A stretch of 63,585 nt of DNA, filler included, from Collodictyon triciliatum (lineage: Eukaryota): NCBI GenBank assembly GCA_043381765.1. It is 6 parts of 6 records of this genome, joined end to end, with 100 filler letters (N's around TTAATTAATTAA, not from the genome) between each part and the next. Parts side by side here need not be neighbours in the genome. Positions count along the whole stretch, not along the records: positions 40,933 to 54,468 come from JBHJMP010001971.1; positions 54,569 to 61,026 come from JBHJMP010002089.1; 4 more parts are not named here. The stretch is one strand, 5' to 3'. This document shows positions 47,401 to 57,900 of this stretch, piece after piece (the first letter of the stretch is position 1; the number at the start of each line of letters is the position of its first letter). Below the pieces are notes generated by a model, which was given only the letters and a program-made list of their open reading frames with translations, searched no databases and had not been told where the DNA came from. Position numbers and translations under genes: made by a program.

Positions 47401-48888
47401 AAAGCCGAAAATTTTGAGAAACTAAAGCAATTATCACAAAGAGGGGAGAAAGGCGCATTCAATTTGTTGACAGAAAAAGCTGAAATAAAAAAGTTGGGAA
47501 AAATCCAACATCCCCAGGCCCTTTCTATCATCCCCGAATGTTATGAAAACGGCTGGGGCACTGAAAAGGACATGCAAAAAGCTATTCAATGGTATGGAAA
47601 AGCTGAAAACTTCAGGAAATTGAAGCAACTTGCACAACAAGGTACACAAGAAGCTTTCAAGGTTTTGAAGGATATGGGTGAAATGAAACTTTTTAACGGA
47701 AATTACATGCATATTCCGGCTATTTCTATTATTGCTGAGTGCTATGAGAATGGGTGGACTGTTGAAAAGGATATAATTCTGTCTCTCAAGTGGAGAATAT
47801 TTGGCTTCGAGGAACAATCCAATTTTGAAATACTCAAGCAAATGTGTCAACATGGAGAAAATAAATCATTTGATGTTCTGAAAGAACTGGCTGAAATGAA
47901 AACTAACGCCGGCAATTGGGATGAGAGATACACATATCCACAAGCTGCCCCGATTGTCGCTGAATGCTATGAGAATGCATGGGGTGTCGAGAAGAGCATA
48001 GAACAAGCAATGCATTGGCTTGGAAAGGCCGCAAATTTCGAAAAACTGAAGCTAATGTCACAAGGAGGCACAAAAGAAGCATTCGCAGTGTTAAAGGATG
48101 TAGCTGAAATCAAGCAAGACGCATGGAGCAGTGCATACAAATACCCAGAGGCCATTTCAATTGTTGCTGAGTGCTATGAAGATGGATGGGGCGTTGAAAA
48201 AGACATGGAGCAAGCCATATATTGGCTGGGAAAGGCTGAAAATTTTGAAAAGCTGAAGCAAATATCTCGGCAAGGGGCAAAGAAAGCATTCGAAGTTCTG
48301 AGAGAATGTGCTGAAACTAAAACAGAAGTTGGAAATGGGAACAAAGCATACAAATACCCACAGGCTGTTTCAATTGTTGCTGAATGTTATGAAGATGGAT
48401 GGGGCGTTGAAAAAGACATGGAGCAAGCCATATATTGGTTGGGAAATGCCGAAAACTTTGAAAAGCTGAAGCAAATATCTCAGCAAGGGACAAAGAAAGC
48501 ATTCGAAGTTCTGAGAGAATGTGCTGAAACTAAAACAGAAGTTGGAAAGTGGAACGAAGCATACAAGTACCCACAGGCTGTTCCAATTGTCGCTGATTGC
48601 TTTGAAAATGGATGGGGCGTTGAAAAAGACATGGAGCAAGCCATGGATTGGTTAGGAAAAGCTCAGAACTTTGAAAAGCTGAAGCAAATATCTCAGCAAG
48701 GGACAAAGAAAGCATTCGAAGTTCTGAGAGAATGTGCTGAAATTAAGACAAATGTTGGAAAGTGGAACGAAGCATACAAGTACCCACAGGCTGTTTCATT
48801 TGTCGCCGGATGCTATGAAAATGGATGGGGCGTTGAAAAGGACACCCAGAAAGCGGCTGAGTGGATACAAAAAGTGACCTCCACATAA
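41443..48888 (+). CDS. STAND/NACHT NTPase with pentapeptide repeats, WD40 repeats and C-terminal Sel1-like repeats (NLR/NWD-like); first in-frame ATG 41461, short upstream exons possible
   Basis: 2481-codon uninterrupted ORF. Walker A GDSGSGKS (43705-43728), Walker B IIFLDGYDEI, FFHKSLYEYFAA winged-helix motif, pentapeptide run (~45080-45260), 13 WD40 repeats (~45280-46995), tail GFSVMNKKLFLQEGA, 8 ECYENGWGVEKD..A..W Sel1-like units. Confidence 0.93.
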   Translation: MGHYPLMDESSVFNLRNDGVYEVRPACRGGGNASSRMARANTTAATRSPNAPVESTVDVLEILSKLNEAHQSAALNPTAGQNLPNVSFQLTQILASQLLMSPTKEEDIKLLERVVALHISAVEKQAAVQNQSLREQADIAERHASISEKQNESKQRLIQTLMDQVSRLPASEQNSRSIESLVQCICPQGIQSQTSIPIAQMQTTPEPFATHVPSPYTQTSVINQPKTPKGFETSQVAANTNLQTHNQSGLSRGLQSNDAQPSGGATSTTSAALKIEGPSKSIKSPSITGSHNPTNIQPSSILANTQGAPAFNDWECEPSEFIEIPTNASELAETIIEQRELQSSGGMEKKRALRIIKLFMKEPTAEDESLYELTALAPSGDRLISEKLITAVGDKMQSGMEKLDRLLNALNITLANTLKEDFDQTLLAKVLDILIERVGSLFASDEALCQKLLDSLISILNSLYVSGASGIPEEKYKAYRETFGQSWIEAKIETRGEEIESKMQIQYVQAKKSLFCELLKHIGDGQSPVVKNLKIAGKVGLGLFNAASAAFSFDVSSTLASLQEVASAVGEIDIKKNWFKLYQDFRIFLFINVDEARIFWNSQLSGKKDRVGETLAFLTIDTIYERFCHTNVGSERQKVYDLINYVTRHEKWLKSETTNRFVESRKKEMLQYYPKVHKLPTILFEKAGKDERTIQDIIENIREETIRNEEFNSRFNTYISGQAERIAEKGKVFDAQEYILNFVTSSKAKVLLILGDSGSGKSLLQQHIVRLLWEKFIFGKTFIPLYVALTSLEEPRENAIEELLLSETKNSFYIPDSDFRPMQIKELKKKPFIIFLDGYDEIEDNGASFYNSNKLNEWPNCKFVIGCRRQFLEKKSHYQSLFAPKINQIYSLDEIYLRPFESKQRLEYFNKFAEKNPVEGWEKGEIYETELKKIKELEELAVTPFMIFMAATTLPFLLKDRAVSKSRENSRMMRTDFLDKFSRSWFERERDKLESNVSLKQRMPENLTDLLWNKCKDISRSMINNGHIALDYERIEGKAKKNEYDEFFHPNPDHMIDGERTYSVFVLRCAPIKKSSATTYEFFHKSLYEYFAAEYIGDELNSVVVEDQESVQYSSVAKEVCASPEYANDIPKKSTSGMLPRSNFFDTVKTAMKIRVKTNALDRKLEPAILLNLSERVKKDSIYRRSLFLIIEESKTNLSKALAASNAITILNYADISFSGMDLRGIQIPNADMSQCVADGADFTGANLDGVLFYNACISDCVFDDANLKNVNFGRLPLLLGHTSYVSSVCSIRGPNGENWLASGSGDSTIRIWDVATGDDIRIFGGQADSVSQICYIEGPNGENWLASGGSKMICIWDIATGNTVKKVEGVGHVNFVCSIQGPNGEKLLAFGSGITIRIWDLATENQIKILEGHEYGVICGCGIQGPNGEIWFASGSHDRTIRIWDVAMGTQIKRINAGQIQSIRSIQGPNSENWLAFGGQDRKIHIWDLVTDTKVKAIEGHTSDVSCICNTRGPNGENWLVSGSSDKTIRIWDITSGFQVKIMEGHTSSVASVCNIQGPNGESCLGSGGFDSTIRIWDAISLNQIKTLECHTKDIIAVCSIKGPNGEDWLASGSNDTSIRIWDVATGHLIKVLEGHEFGAIFICGIKGPNGERWLVSAEYYRIVRFWDLDTGNLLHQQPKRYDNDIRGACCVQGPNGEAWFLFAGLDNILRVLDVATGNEIKKLEGHTEVIRRVCSIHGPKGEKWVASGGHDGKIIIWDLVTGDQIKKLDAKQQITDICYIRGPNGENLLAFVRNNETIRIWDFVSEKIVKMLEDDKKPVSKLYSIRGPNGELWLTSASEEKVVRIWDVASGFLIYNIHKSELTYDRNNHLIRKVKPDEIVAVFNSLGDAMNLIDTSRIMRVKTVRTIGPRTLQSENSRFKNTIGFSVMNKKLFLQEGAASFDKDFVDYCEDGRFTKFQAQKMAESYENGWNIEENLDKSIQWYGKAENFEKLKQLSQRGEKGAFNLLTEKAEIKKLGKIQHPQALSIIPECYENGWGTEKDMQKAIQWYGKAENFRKLKQLAQQGTQEAFKVLKDMGEMKLFNGNYMHIPAISIIAECYENGWTVEKDIILSLKWRIFGFEEQSNFEILKQMCQHGENKSFDVLKELAEMKTNAGNWDERYTYPQAAPIVAECYENAWGVEKSIEQAMHWLGKAANFEKLKLMSQGGTKEAFAVLKDVAEIKQDAWSSAYKYPEAISIVAECYEDGWGVEKDMEQAIYWLGKAENFEKLKQISRQGAKKAFEVLRECAETKTEVGNGNKAYKYPQAVSIVAECYEDGWGVEKDMEQAIYWLGNAENFEKLKQISQQGTKKAFEVLRECAETKTEVGKWNEAYKYPQAVPIVADCFENGWGVEKDMEQAMDWLGKAQNFEKLKQISQQGTKKAFEVLRECAEIKTNVGKWNEAYKYPQAVSFVAGCYENGWGVEKDTQKAAEWIQKVTST
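48135..48850 (+). repeat. 213-nt coding tandem repeat (71-aa Sel1-like unit), about 3.3 highly similar copies
   Basis: TACCCA unit anchors at 48142, 48355, 48568 and 48781, exactly 213 nt apart, with long identical stretches. Confidence 0.9.
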
Positions 48889-49582
48889 GGGTAAGGCCTC
48901 TAATTCTTGTTAAATTGAACCACGTACCGCACTCCAATAATACTCTCATTTGATACTGGTATTCCAGATCTTTCAGCGGGTCAGAATGATTTTCCTTGCG
49001 GGGTGCTCCATCAGGAACAGAATAAAGAACTGTGATTTTGTTGCCTCGTAATCATCCAGTGCACTTCTACTCGGAGAGTCTGTTATACTGATCTCGCCAC
49101 TTCAATTTCTTTTGAACCCATATGAGTCCTTATCTCTTTGGTAAAGTGCGTTTTTAACAACATAGATATTATAGACACTTGAAAACATATCAACGCATGA
49201 TAAATTTAAAAAATCAAATAACAGAGAAAAAACACTTAAGAAAACAAATGGAATATTCATATTTCAAGAGAAATAGGGGTGGTGGTGGATGAAACATGAG
49301 AGACGGCCGGTGAGGCATCTCCGCCACCCCACATTGTAATCTATGGATGACAGGGAGGGTCTTTAGGTTTTCATGTAGCATGGTCAAAAACAGCAGGGAG
49401 AGATACATGGATAAATTCCTTCGTATACCAGATGTAATCGGTATTTTGTTGAATATAATCACACAATTCTACTAATGAGAGAGAAATGCACACAGATTAT
49501 TTAGTGTATTTCCTTGAGTTGTTTACGAGTTTATTTCTGGTCATGAAAGAAACCATGATTGCCTATACTTTTCATCGCATCT

Positions 49583-52500
49583 TCATGGGTCATCTCTTCC
49601 TGGTGCGTTGGATGCTACCGCTCGAACGGTTTTTTCCCTGGCCTTGGCAATCTAGCAAAGCATTACTTTTAGAGAGCATAAAAACTTTGCTTTAGGTTAT
49701 TTTTGTTCACTCCTAACCATGATGCTGTGGTCAATTTTCCATTCATAAATAATCCTGAAGATAGGAAACAAAACGCACCTCATGAACTTTTTTCGCTACG
49801 TCTGGATAAAGCTGCAGCAGAGGGTCAAGGTCTTTTTTTCGAAGCTTGAAACATTATGTTTGTAATGATGAAATAGGTTTTTTTTTGAAATAATTTACTT
49901 TTATGAGTATATGTAAAAGAGTATTTTAATATATCACATGCAAAATACCAAAATGGAATTGAATTGAAAAAAAGAAAAAGAAAAAAGAAAAAGAAAAAAG
50001 AAATGAAAAAAGAAATGAAAAAAGAAATGAAAAAAGAAAAGAAAAAGAAGGATGAAAATTGACCCACAATGTATAATTCACACGATTCAACACACCGCAC
50101 CGAAGCTGTTCGTGAAGTGTCAGTGAGCAGAGCTATTTCGCCTGAAGGATTTTTTGTTTTGTTTTTGTTTGTTACAATTGTGTCATAAGGATTCTGGATT
50201 AACATATGTATTTTAAAGAAAAAAAGGAGACAGTGAAATTCAATTCGATCAAGAAAGCTACCAAAATATGCACCCTCAAAGAGTTGCGCAACTACAGTTT
50301 GATTATCTGGGGCGATGATTTCAACTGTCCCTCTGTGTATGAAGTACATCTCATTCCCGACATCCCTGGGATTGGTTCAATTATTTTTTTTTTTTAATAG
50401 CTACAAATCGATAAAAGCACTCCATCGATTCAAACAGTTCTATATTCCTACATATTATTTATCTAACCCTTCCTGAAAGACGAAGTCTCCAAGTTCGTAC
50501 AATGCGGGGTATAGCTTCGTCGATAATTCTCTGATGAATCCATCACTAGCCTCCTTGAATAGATGAAGCTACGAACACGATGCATAAATTATCAGCTATA
50601 ATTGCCAAAAGAAAAAGACTCTTATGAAAGTAGAATCGATGATTTCTTCACGAGAAGTCGATATTGAAAATAGTAATTCACTGACCTTCTGCACCAAATC
50701 CTTTCGAAGATACAGAGCCACCTCCGTACGCAAATCCTTTGGCAAGCTGGCGAGAATGGATGATTCATCAACACCTATACAATAATTTTTTAAAATATTT
50801 ATCCTATTTACATGACAAGGCTATATTGTAATATGAATTTCATTCGAAAGTGCCAAACATGTAAAGAACACAGGTTGTTTTGACACCTGAAACGATTATT
50901 TTGCTGCAGGTAGTATTACTACTATTTTACCTCGGTTGACAAGCCAAAGTTTTTGATAATGCTTCTGAATCCTCTCTTTTGTTTCCAAGGGAAGTTGTCG
51001 GTACTGGTATTTAAAAAAATGAAAGGAAATGTTAGATTGGTCAACCTCATCGCACAATCTGAAACACAATTCATACAAACATTCAAATATTCATCGACCG
51101 ACACAAGCTTGTCGATGTAACGAGTTTGACTTTGCTGCAAGCTCTCTTTAAAAATAAATTAATCGTTAGAAAAATCAGTATTGATAATTACAATCTTACA
51201 TTCAATAGCACACTAACATCAAGAGATTTGGCATACCAACGCAAAGTTTTTTTTGAATAGAAGTGATGATAAGAATAGTCATATTGACGATAGGGTGAAA
51301 AAATAATAAGAAAAAAATAGCTGTAACGGCAAAATGTAAAAAGTATTGCATGAAGAAAGTATAGTATGAGAACTAGGTATTGGTGATCAAAACCTATAGC
51401 CGAAGTCATAGAGCCAACGAACGAGCCCATTACGAAGACTCCAGACAGAGCAACTAATATGACGAGCAAAAATTCTGCATCTGTCTCTGGGCGCACGAGA
51501 GTGCCAAAGCTACATATAGCCTTGGACGACCATGCGACTCCAAATAGATACTTACTGCCAGGAGACTATTATGAATCAACAGCTATCTTTAGAGACTCGA
51601 TGCAGAGAAGCTTTCCAACTTTGTGTCGGCAGTAGTGTCAGTTACCTTTGGGACAAGCTCTGGGCCGGGAATGAATCTGTTGTCAGAAAAATCCTATTAT
51701 GGGCAATTTTTAACGATCAATTATACATATCGATGCAAGAACTCAAAAAAAAAAATGAACCTGCATCCTAGCTATGAGGATGTATAGGCAACCAACAACA
51801 TGACTCAAGAAGATAAACTGGATGGTGAGAACATAGAGCCTTTGGAAGATTGATGTTGAATTCCAAATATTCAGCTATTGGTGAAATGAGATGAATTATT
51901 TCTTCGAATGAATTACAAAGTAAATGCGAAAAGAAAAGATAATTAAAATAAGTATTAACGTATTAACGTGAGAAATCAGACGGGTGGTTTAAAGCATCCT
52001 TACTTTATCAATTGAAAACAGTTTCACAACTTGGAATAGGCGCAGAGCCACAAGATATGTCGTCCAGTTGTGCTGCCCATAAAATAAAAAATATGGGATT
52101 GCTGCTAGAACATCTGCAACCAGCCATCCTTTCAGATATGCTTTTGCGATAAGAAATGCATCTGTGATATACTGCGAATGCTGTGATTAATATAGGAAAG
52201 GATTAATGGAATTATTCTTTTAAAATCTTTAAGGGAGAAACCTCATTATACTCTGTGCGAGCAAAACGGAAGTTAATCACAACATTAGCTGCGAAACAGG
52301 TTGTACAGAAAATGTCTAGCGCTATCCAAGTATTGTTTTGTTCCATCTAATTTTTTTTGGATAGAAAGAGAGTTGTTTCTATTTCCTTAAAAACAAACAA
52401 ACAAACAAACAAACAAAAAACAAATAAACAAATAAACAAACAAACAAACAAACAAAAAAAAAACAAACAAGCAAGCAAACAAACAAACAAAAAAAATAAC

Positions 52501-53278
52501 ATAGCCTTCTATGACAATGGTCAGTGTTTTAATAAAAAAAAATATCAAATTTTCCACCAGATATAATAAATGAGTTTCATTTTTTCTCTTCTTTTAAGAA
52601 AGAAAATGTGTTGATGCCGTACCATTTTATTCATTCCTAATGAAATCAGAAATGGGATGCTCCAAACAGTATAGACAACAGCAAGGTGGATGATGTAGTT
52701 CCACACACGAAAGAAGGAAGAATGAGGGTAAATCATTGTTTTTTCATCAATGGCTTCCCAAAGTTCCTTCTGAATTAAATTAAAAGGTGTATGATGTAAG
52801 TATTTCAGCTGTTCAATCCACTACTTTGGTCAATGAAAAGAGAAAATATTGGAAACACGACATGCTCGGCACAGTGCACCATACAATTAGGAGGAAAATA
52901 TCTTATATAAGGTAATTCTATTCCTGTAGGGCCGGGTGAAATGGATTGTCACAATCTCAATTAAGAAAGAACATGAATGCAACAACTCGTATATATTACT
53001 CAACCTTGAAAATTGCTCTCCATATATGATTCAACAATGAAGGACGCTCGGTATTTGCTTCTTGGGATGCCACGGTAGGGGCTTTGACAGGCGTTCTTGG
53101 CCTGAATCCATCTGCTTCTAACTACAATGAGAACATACACTATATGAGCGCAAATGATATAAATAATGCGAAAATGAATTCGGGAGCCCAACGTGATAAT
53201 ATTAGTTTGAGTAAATCATACGGGTTGAATACGACCATCCCGTCGCAGATGAAGAGCTTCACTGATTTGTCGCAACAT
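49583..53278 (-). CDS. Cyclic-nucleotide-binding-domain ion channel (CNG/HCN/KCNH superfamily), multi-exon
   Basis: S1 IYPHSSFFRVWNYIIHLAVVY; AKAYLKGWLVADVLAAIP; pore/S6 YLFGVAWSSKAICSFGTLVRPETDAEF; C-linker LPKDLRTEVALYL; CNBD EMYFIHRGTVEI...FGEIALLTDTSRTASV; ends ...GRDDP*. Confidence 0.88.
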
Positions 53279-53396
53279 AAGTTATCCTTTTTCCTCTGCA
53301 ACCAAAGAGTCTCCTTCGTTACGCTCCTAGTCTGCCAGAGGCAGCAACAAAAAGTAAGTAATACGCACGATGGGTCGCAATCCGCATTTAATCGTG

Positions 53397-53603
53397 AGGA
53401 GAAAAGAAAAAGACAGAAAAAAAGAAAAGAAAAGAANNNNNNNNNNNNNNNNAGAAAAGAAAAGAAAAGAAAAGAAAAGAAAAGAAAAGAAAAGAAAAGA
53501 AAAAGAAAAGAAAAAGAAAAGAAAAAGAAAAGAAAAAGAAAAGAGAAAAGTTAAGAAAAAAGAAAAAGAAAAAGAAAAGATAAAATAAAATAAAAAAGAA
53601 AAA
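53397..53603. repeat. (GAAAA)n-type microsatellite
   Basis: Degenerate GAAAA/GAAAAA array containing a short N run. Confidence 0.85.
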
Positions 53604-53865
53604 AGTCCTTTTAGCCACCGAACCATCTGCGTAGAAAGTGAAATCTGTTTGTATGCGTCATGTTGCCTGTTTATGAATTACTACATGGGGAAAACCCAGT
53701 CTTTAGATTGGTAAACCTGGTGCACCAGTATCCAAAGTCTCACCATTTTTTTCACAAAGGTTGTGTAGTGGCGAAGACTACCAGGAAAGACCCGACAGCC
53801 TGTTTTTTTTTAGGGAATGATGATTTTTTTTTGAAGGATTAAAAGAACTTTCTGAGTGTATCATT

Positions 53866-54468
53866 ACCGCTGTTAAACTCCCTTGTCAAGAATACACTTT
53901 GTTTGCTTTCTGGGCGATTGAATTCTTTAAATATGAGATATCTATACATATTTTTTTTTTGGATTTTCTTTCAGTGTTACATATTCCAGTTCTTTTTCGC
54001 AGTTACAACACATCTTGGAGGTTCTAAATTCATCTACACTCACTGTTTCAAAATGTTTGGGAAGTATTTTTCGTAATCCTCTTCCGATTGTTGGCGTAAA
54101 ATGTTTCATCTGAGATTTTCTGCTCCAGTCTCCATACGCCACTACAACATCATTGCCAAATGTCTTTTCGATTCGGTACATAAATAATTCTTCACTTCTT
54201 TTTTGTATTAGCATACTGTCTCCATATCATCTTTCGAAAAGTTACTTATTCATAAAATCTGGATAATTCTATCTGGCATCTTGATTTCATGGATACACAT
54301 TCTAGAAACTTTCCATTACCGACCATGCATGAATTATTTTTACTTAGTTCTGTCTCTGAAACGATTAAAGATACTCTTGATGTCTCAAACTGCTGATTCT
54401 CTTCAAAAGACATTTGCCCAAAAGAAAAAGCACTTTGTAAATCTGTTGCCATGTATATCCCTGAAGCA
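53866..54468 (-). pseudogene. Decayed Fanzor (eukaryotic TnpB/Cas12-related RuvC nuclease), C-terminal half; 5' part lost in gap
   Basis: Pieced translation ETELSKNNS..FYE*VTFRKMIWRQYANTK(fs)RSEELFMYRIEKTFGNDVVVAYGDWSRKSQMKHFTPTIGRGLRKILPKHFETVSVDEFRTSKMCCNC...(fs)MYRYLIFKEF...VFLTREFNS shows the Fanzor FRK..W, GDWS, DEFRTSK.C..C and (N/T)RD.N motifs, with a stop and frameshifts; no introns. Confidence 0.82.
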
Positions 54469-54568
54469 NNNNNNNNNNNNNNNNNNNNNNNNNNNNNNNN
54501 NNNNNNNNNNNNTTAATTAATTAANNNNNNNNNNNNNNNNNNNNNNNNNNNNNNNNNNNNNNNNNNNN

Positions 54569-54674
54569 ATACATACATACATACATACATACATACATAC
54601 ATACATACATACATACATACATACATACATACATACATACATACATACATACATACATACATACATACATACAT
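54569..54674. repeat. (ATAC)n microsatellite
   Basis: Perfect tetramer array next to a gap. Confidence 0.95.
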
Positions 54675-54993
54675 CTTCTCTTTATTCTTCTTTCCAGAGC
54701 TTTTTCTGCACCTTTAAGTATCTTTGTATTTTGCTTACAAGCAAAAAAGGATAAGAATCAGACAGATTGACCACAAATAAAGCTACAACTATATTAATTC
54801 GAATTTTTTTTTTTACAGAAGTGCACACAACCGCCAGACGGTACATCAGAGCCCGCTTGCAGCAAACCATTATCCTATACCCTCATTTGGTTTTTATTTT
54901 ATTTTTACTATTCCTTTCAACTCACTCCCTTGGTGAAGTGTACAAATTGAGCAAACCTTTTCATTAAGACGTTCCACTCTCATTCTATTCACA

Positions 54994-57900
54994 ATGTCTC
55001 ATTTTTCCAGGATACTCCTCTTCAAGTGTGCCTGCCTTCGATCCTGGTCTGAATCAGCACCTGGCGAGGTGGGTATGATGGATAGTTAAAGCAGGATTTT
55101 TTTCAAATAAATTATGAACAAGTCGGCTGAAAACCTAAGATAAATGATGTGTTATATATTTTCACATACATACTTTTTCCTAAACTTGTCGTTCTGAAAT
55201 TTTGTTAAAGCTTGGATAGAGTATTAGCATTTATGATGTCTGTTGCATTTCCTTTTTAGGTCCCCAAACAGCTTTTCGAAGCGTCCAGTTTCGTTAGGTC
55301 TATATTCGCTGATGATGTGATGCATTTCTACTATATTAGCATAAAAGACTTTGCAAGCCCAGTTTCTGATAATCTTCTATACAATCAATCAATTTAGAAA
55401 CAACACCCGTTGCCCTGCAAAAGCAGGAATATGAGTTGTACCAAACAGGCTAGTTGAAACATAGCCACTTTATGAAATTTCCTCTCGATTTCTTTCATAC
55501 CAACCAGAAAATCAAAATGTATGTGTAAAATTGAAGACGAATTTATTACACATTCTACAGAGTCGTCAAGTGAAATGGGAAATCAGAATCATAGCTTCAC
55601 ATACGATTCACTTCGGTCACCAAAGACAGGGAGCATGGGGAGTTTCAGCCGTGATTTTCAGCGCTCAGCATATGGATGGAATGAGTCATCCGAAACCATA
55701 AATTCGCCACATCGGTCACAGTCATTTGTAGCGGTTAGGCCAAAGTAATTATGATGATTTTTTTTTATTCTTTAAATTCATCAAATCTGAGTAAAATTTT
55801 ATGTAGATCAGAAAAGCAATCTCACTATTAATAAATAGTGAATAATGTCTATGACACCTATGGTTTTTTTTTCTGGCGCTCCCAAATGAATAACTGATAT
55901 ACTACTAGGCAATATGATGGCTCCTCTTTCAATCTCTCTGATATTCGACTTCGTCGCATGTCTGTTAGTAAAAACGGTGTACACTTTTCGAATATGATGC
56001 TCGAACAATTTCCAGAACAGGTTTGCTAATGCAAATATTCTTTTGACTCTTCTTATTCTCTTTTCTTAAGCGCAATCATCTGATGTATATGAATTTTAAA
56101 ATTAAGGTTATATCAATCGGGAGTGTGGAAGAGTTGGACCTATCTGGCAATAAATTGTCCAATCTTCCTCAGAGCATCAGTGCGTTATCCAAATTGAGAA
56201 TTTTGAACCTTAGGTATTCTTCTGAAAAATACCACACATTATTTGTGGTCTCAACTTTTTTACAAATTTCTATAAAGCGATTTGTATTTTCATGAAATTG
56301 GTGCAGAGTTTGACTTTCTTCGTATACACTTAATTAATCATGTATCTGTAGTCGGAATTTGTTTTCCTTAATTCCAGAAATTGGCCTTTTGTCATCGCTG
56401 GTATCTATCAATCTTGGACATAATCGTATAATTAGGTTCCCAGTGGATATACTTCTCTTGAAAAGAATAGGTAACTACACGTTTATATTTCATAATTGAT
56501 CTTTATCCAACCCTTCGTTTCGCAGAATTTGTTTTACCGTATCATTGGCGATAAAAATTAAGTTATTCACAAACTCTGAAATGTATGATTCCGTGGTCAT
56601 CAATTTAGAGGAGGTTGATATAAACAACAACCAAATATTCGAAATTACTCCATCGTTCCTCCAGACTGTGACCAATTTGAGATGCCTCGACCTCCATGGG
56701 AATCTTATATCAACAGTACCAATTTCTTTTTTCTAAAAAAAATACATCGTTCTTTTTATGATATTTTCTTCTCCAGGGAGGGTTTATTCGTGTATGGATT
56801 ACATAGAGAATGATTACTAATTCGTCTCTATTGTTGCTTTTAGATACCCACTACAATTGAGAATATGATCCGCCTGCAGGTAGTTACGTTTTTATAATAG
56901 TATTTCCTCTGAATTGATGCTCACTTTTTTCCGGATAGTTAAACACTCATACTTATTTCATTCTAGGAGCTTAATTTAAATGATAATCAAATAATGTCAT
57001 TGCCTGAAGAAATGAAGAACCTGACAAATCTTTTAGTCCTTGAGATTAACAATAACAGAATAGCTAATATACCAGCTGTAATAGCACAAATGTCATCTTT
57101 GGTTCAGGTATTTCTCTCTGCTCAATGTTGAGCTTTTTGTTAAAAAATATTTGACCTCGGAGTGGCAATAGTCATGCAATTTTGATTTGATTTCCATTTG
57201 AAAATTCATGATTCTGTTTATAATTTTGATTGATTTTGGTTGTTTTTCATTTAAACCCAGCTAAATGCGGAGCACAATTATATCTCGATGCTTCCGAAAG
57301 AAATTGGAGCGATGAAGTCTCTATCTAAGCTGAATATTGCCGTAATTAGTCACCTAGATTCTAATCAAATAACGTCAAAGTTATCCTTTTTTTTTTTTTT
57401 AAAAAAAAAGAAAGAAACAAACAAGAACCATTTTCCTCTACCAATCCCTTGGACCAGAGTTCAAAAAAAAAAAAAAATACACTGCTGATACTTTCTTTTC
57501 TACAGGGTAACCCATTGGACCGCCAAATTGCAGATGTCAGTAAGCAAGGGACTTTTGCCCTCCTTAGGTATCTGCGTTCGTTAAATGAGACAAAGACAGA
57601 GGAGGAGAGGTAGGGTTACTATTGAAAGTGTAATAAGAGAGACAATATTCAAGGATGTACTATTTATTTGAGAAACATCATTTTTTTTCTTTTTTACATC
57701 GTAACTTTTCATTGTGACACCCGTCAATAGCCTAGAATCTCTCCGATCAAAAATTATTGAGCAGGAAAAAATTATGCGAGACTTGAAATCCAAGCACCAA
57801 ACAGAAGTCCTTGAATTGCAAGAGAGACTCAAAGAGAATGAACAAAAATACAAATCAGTAATAATACATGAATCATTACTTTTTTCATAGCAGAAAGTTA

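Noticed and set aside
48135-48850. Regular repeats as a CRISPR-like array
   Set aside because: Contiguous in-frame 213-nt coding repeats with no unique spacers.
53630-53860. Candidate omegaRNA downstream of the Fanzor fragment
   Set aside because: Protein similarity stops right after RuvC-III and I could not identify a convincing structure or element end from one copy; the region may be the channel gene's upstream sequence.
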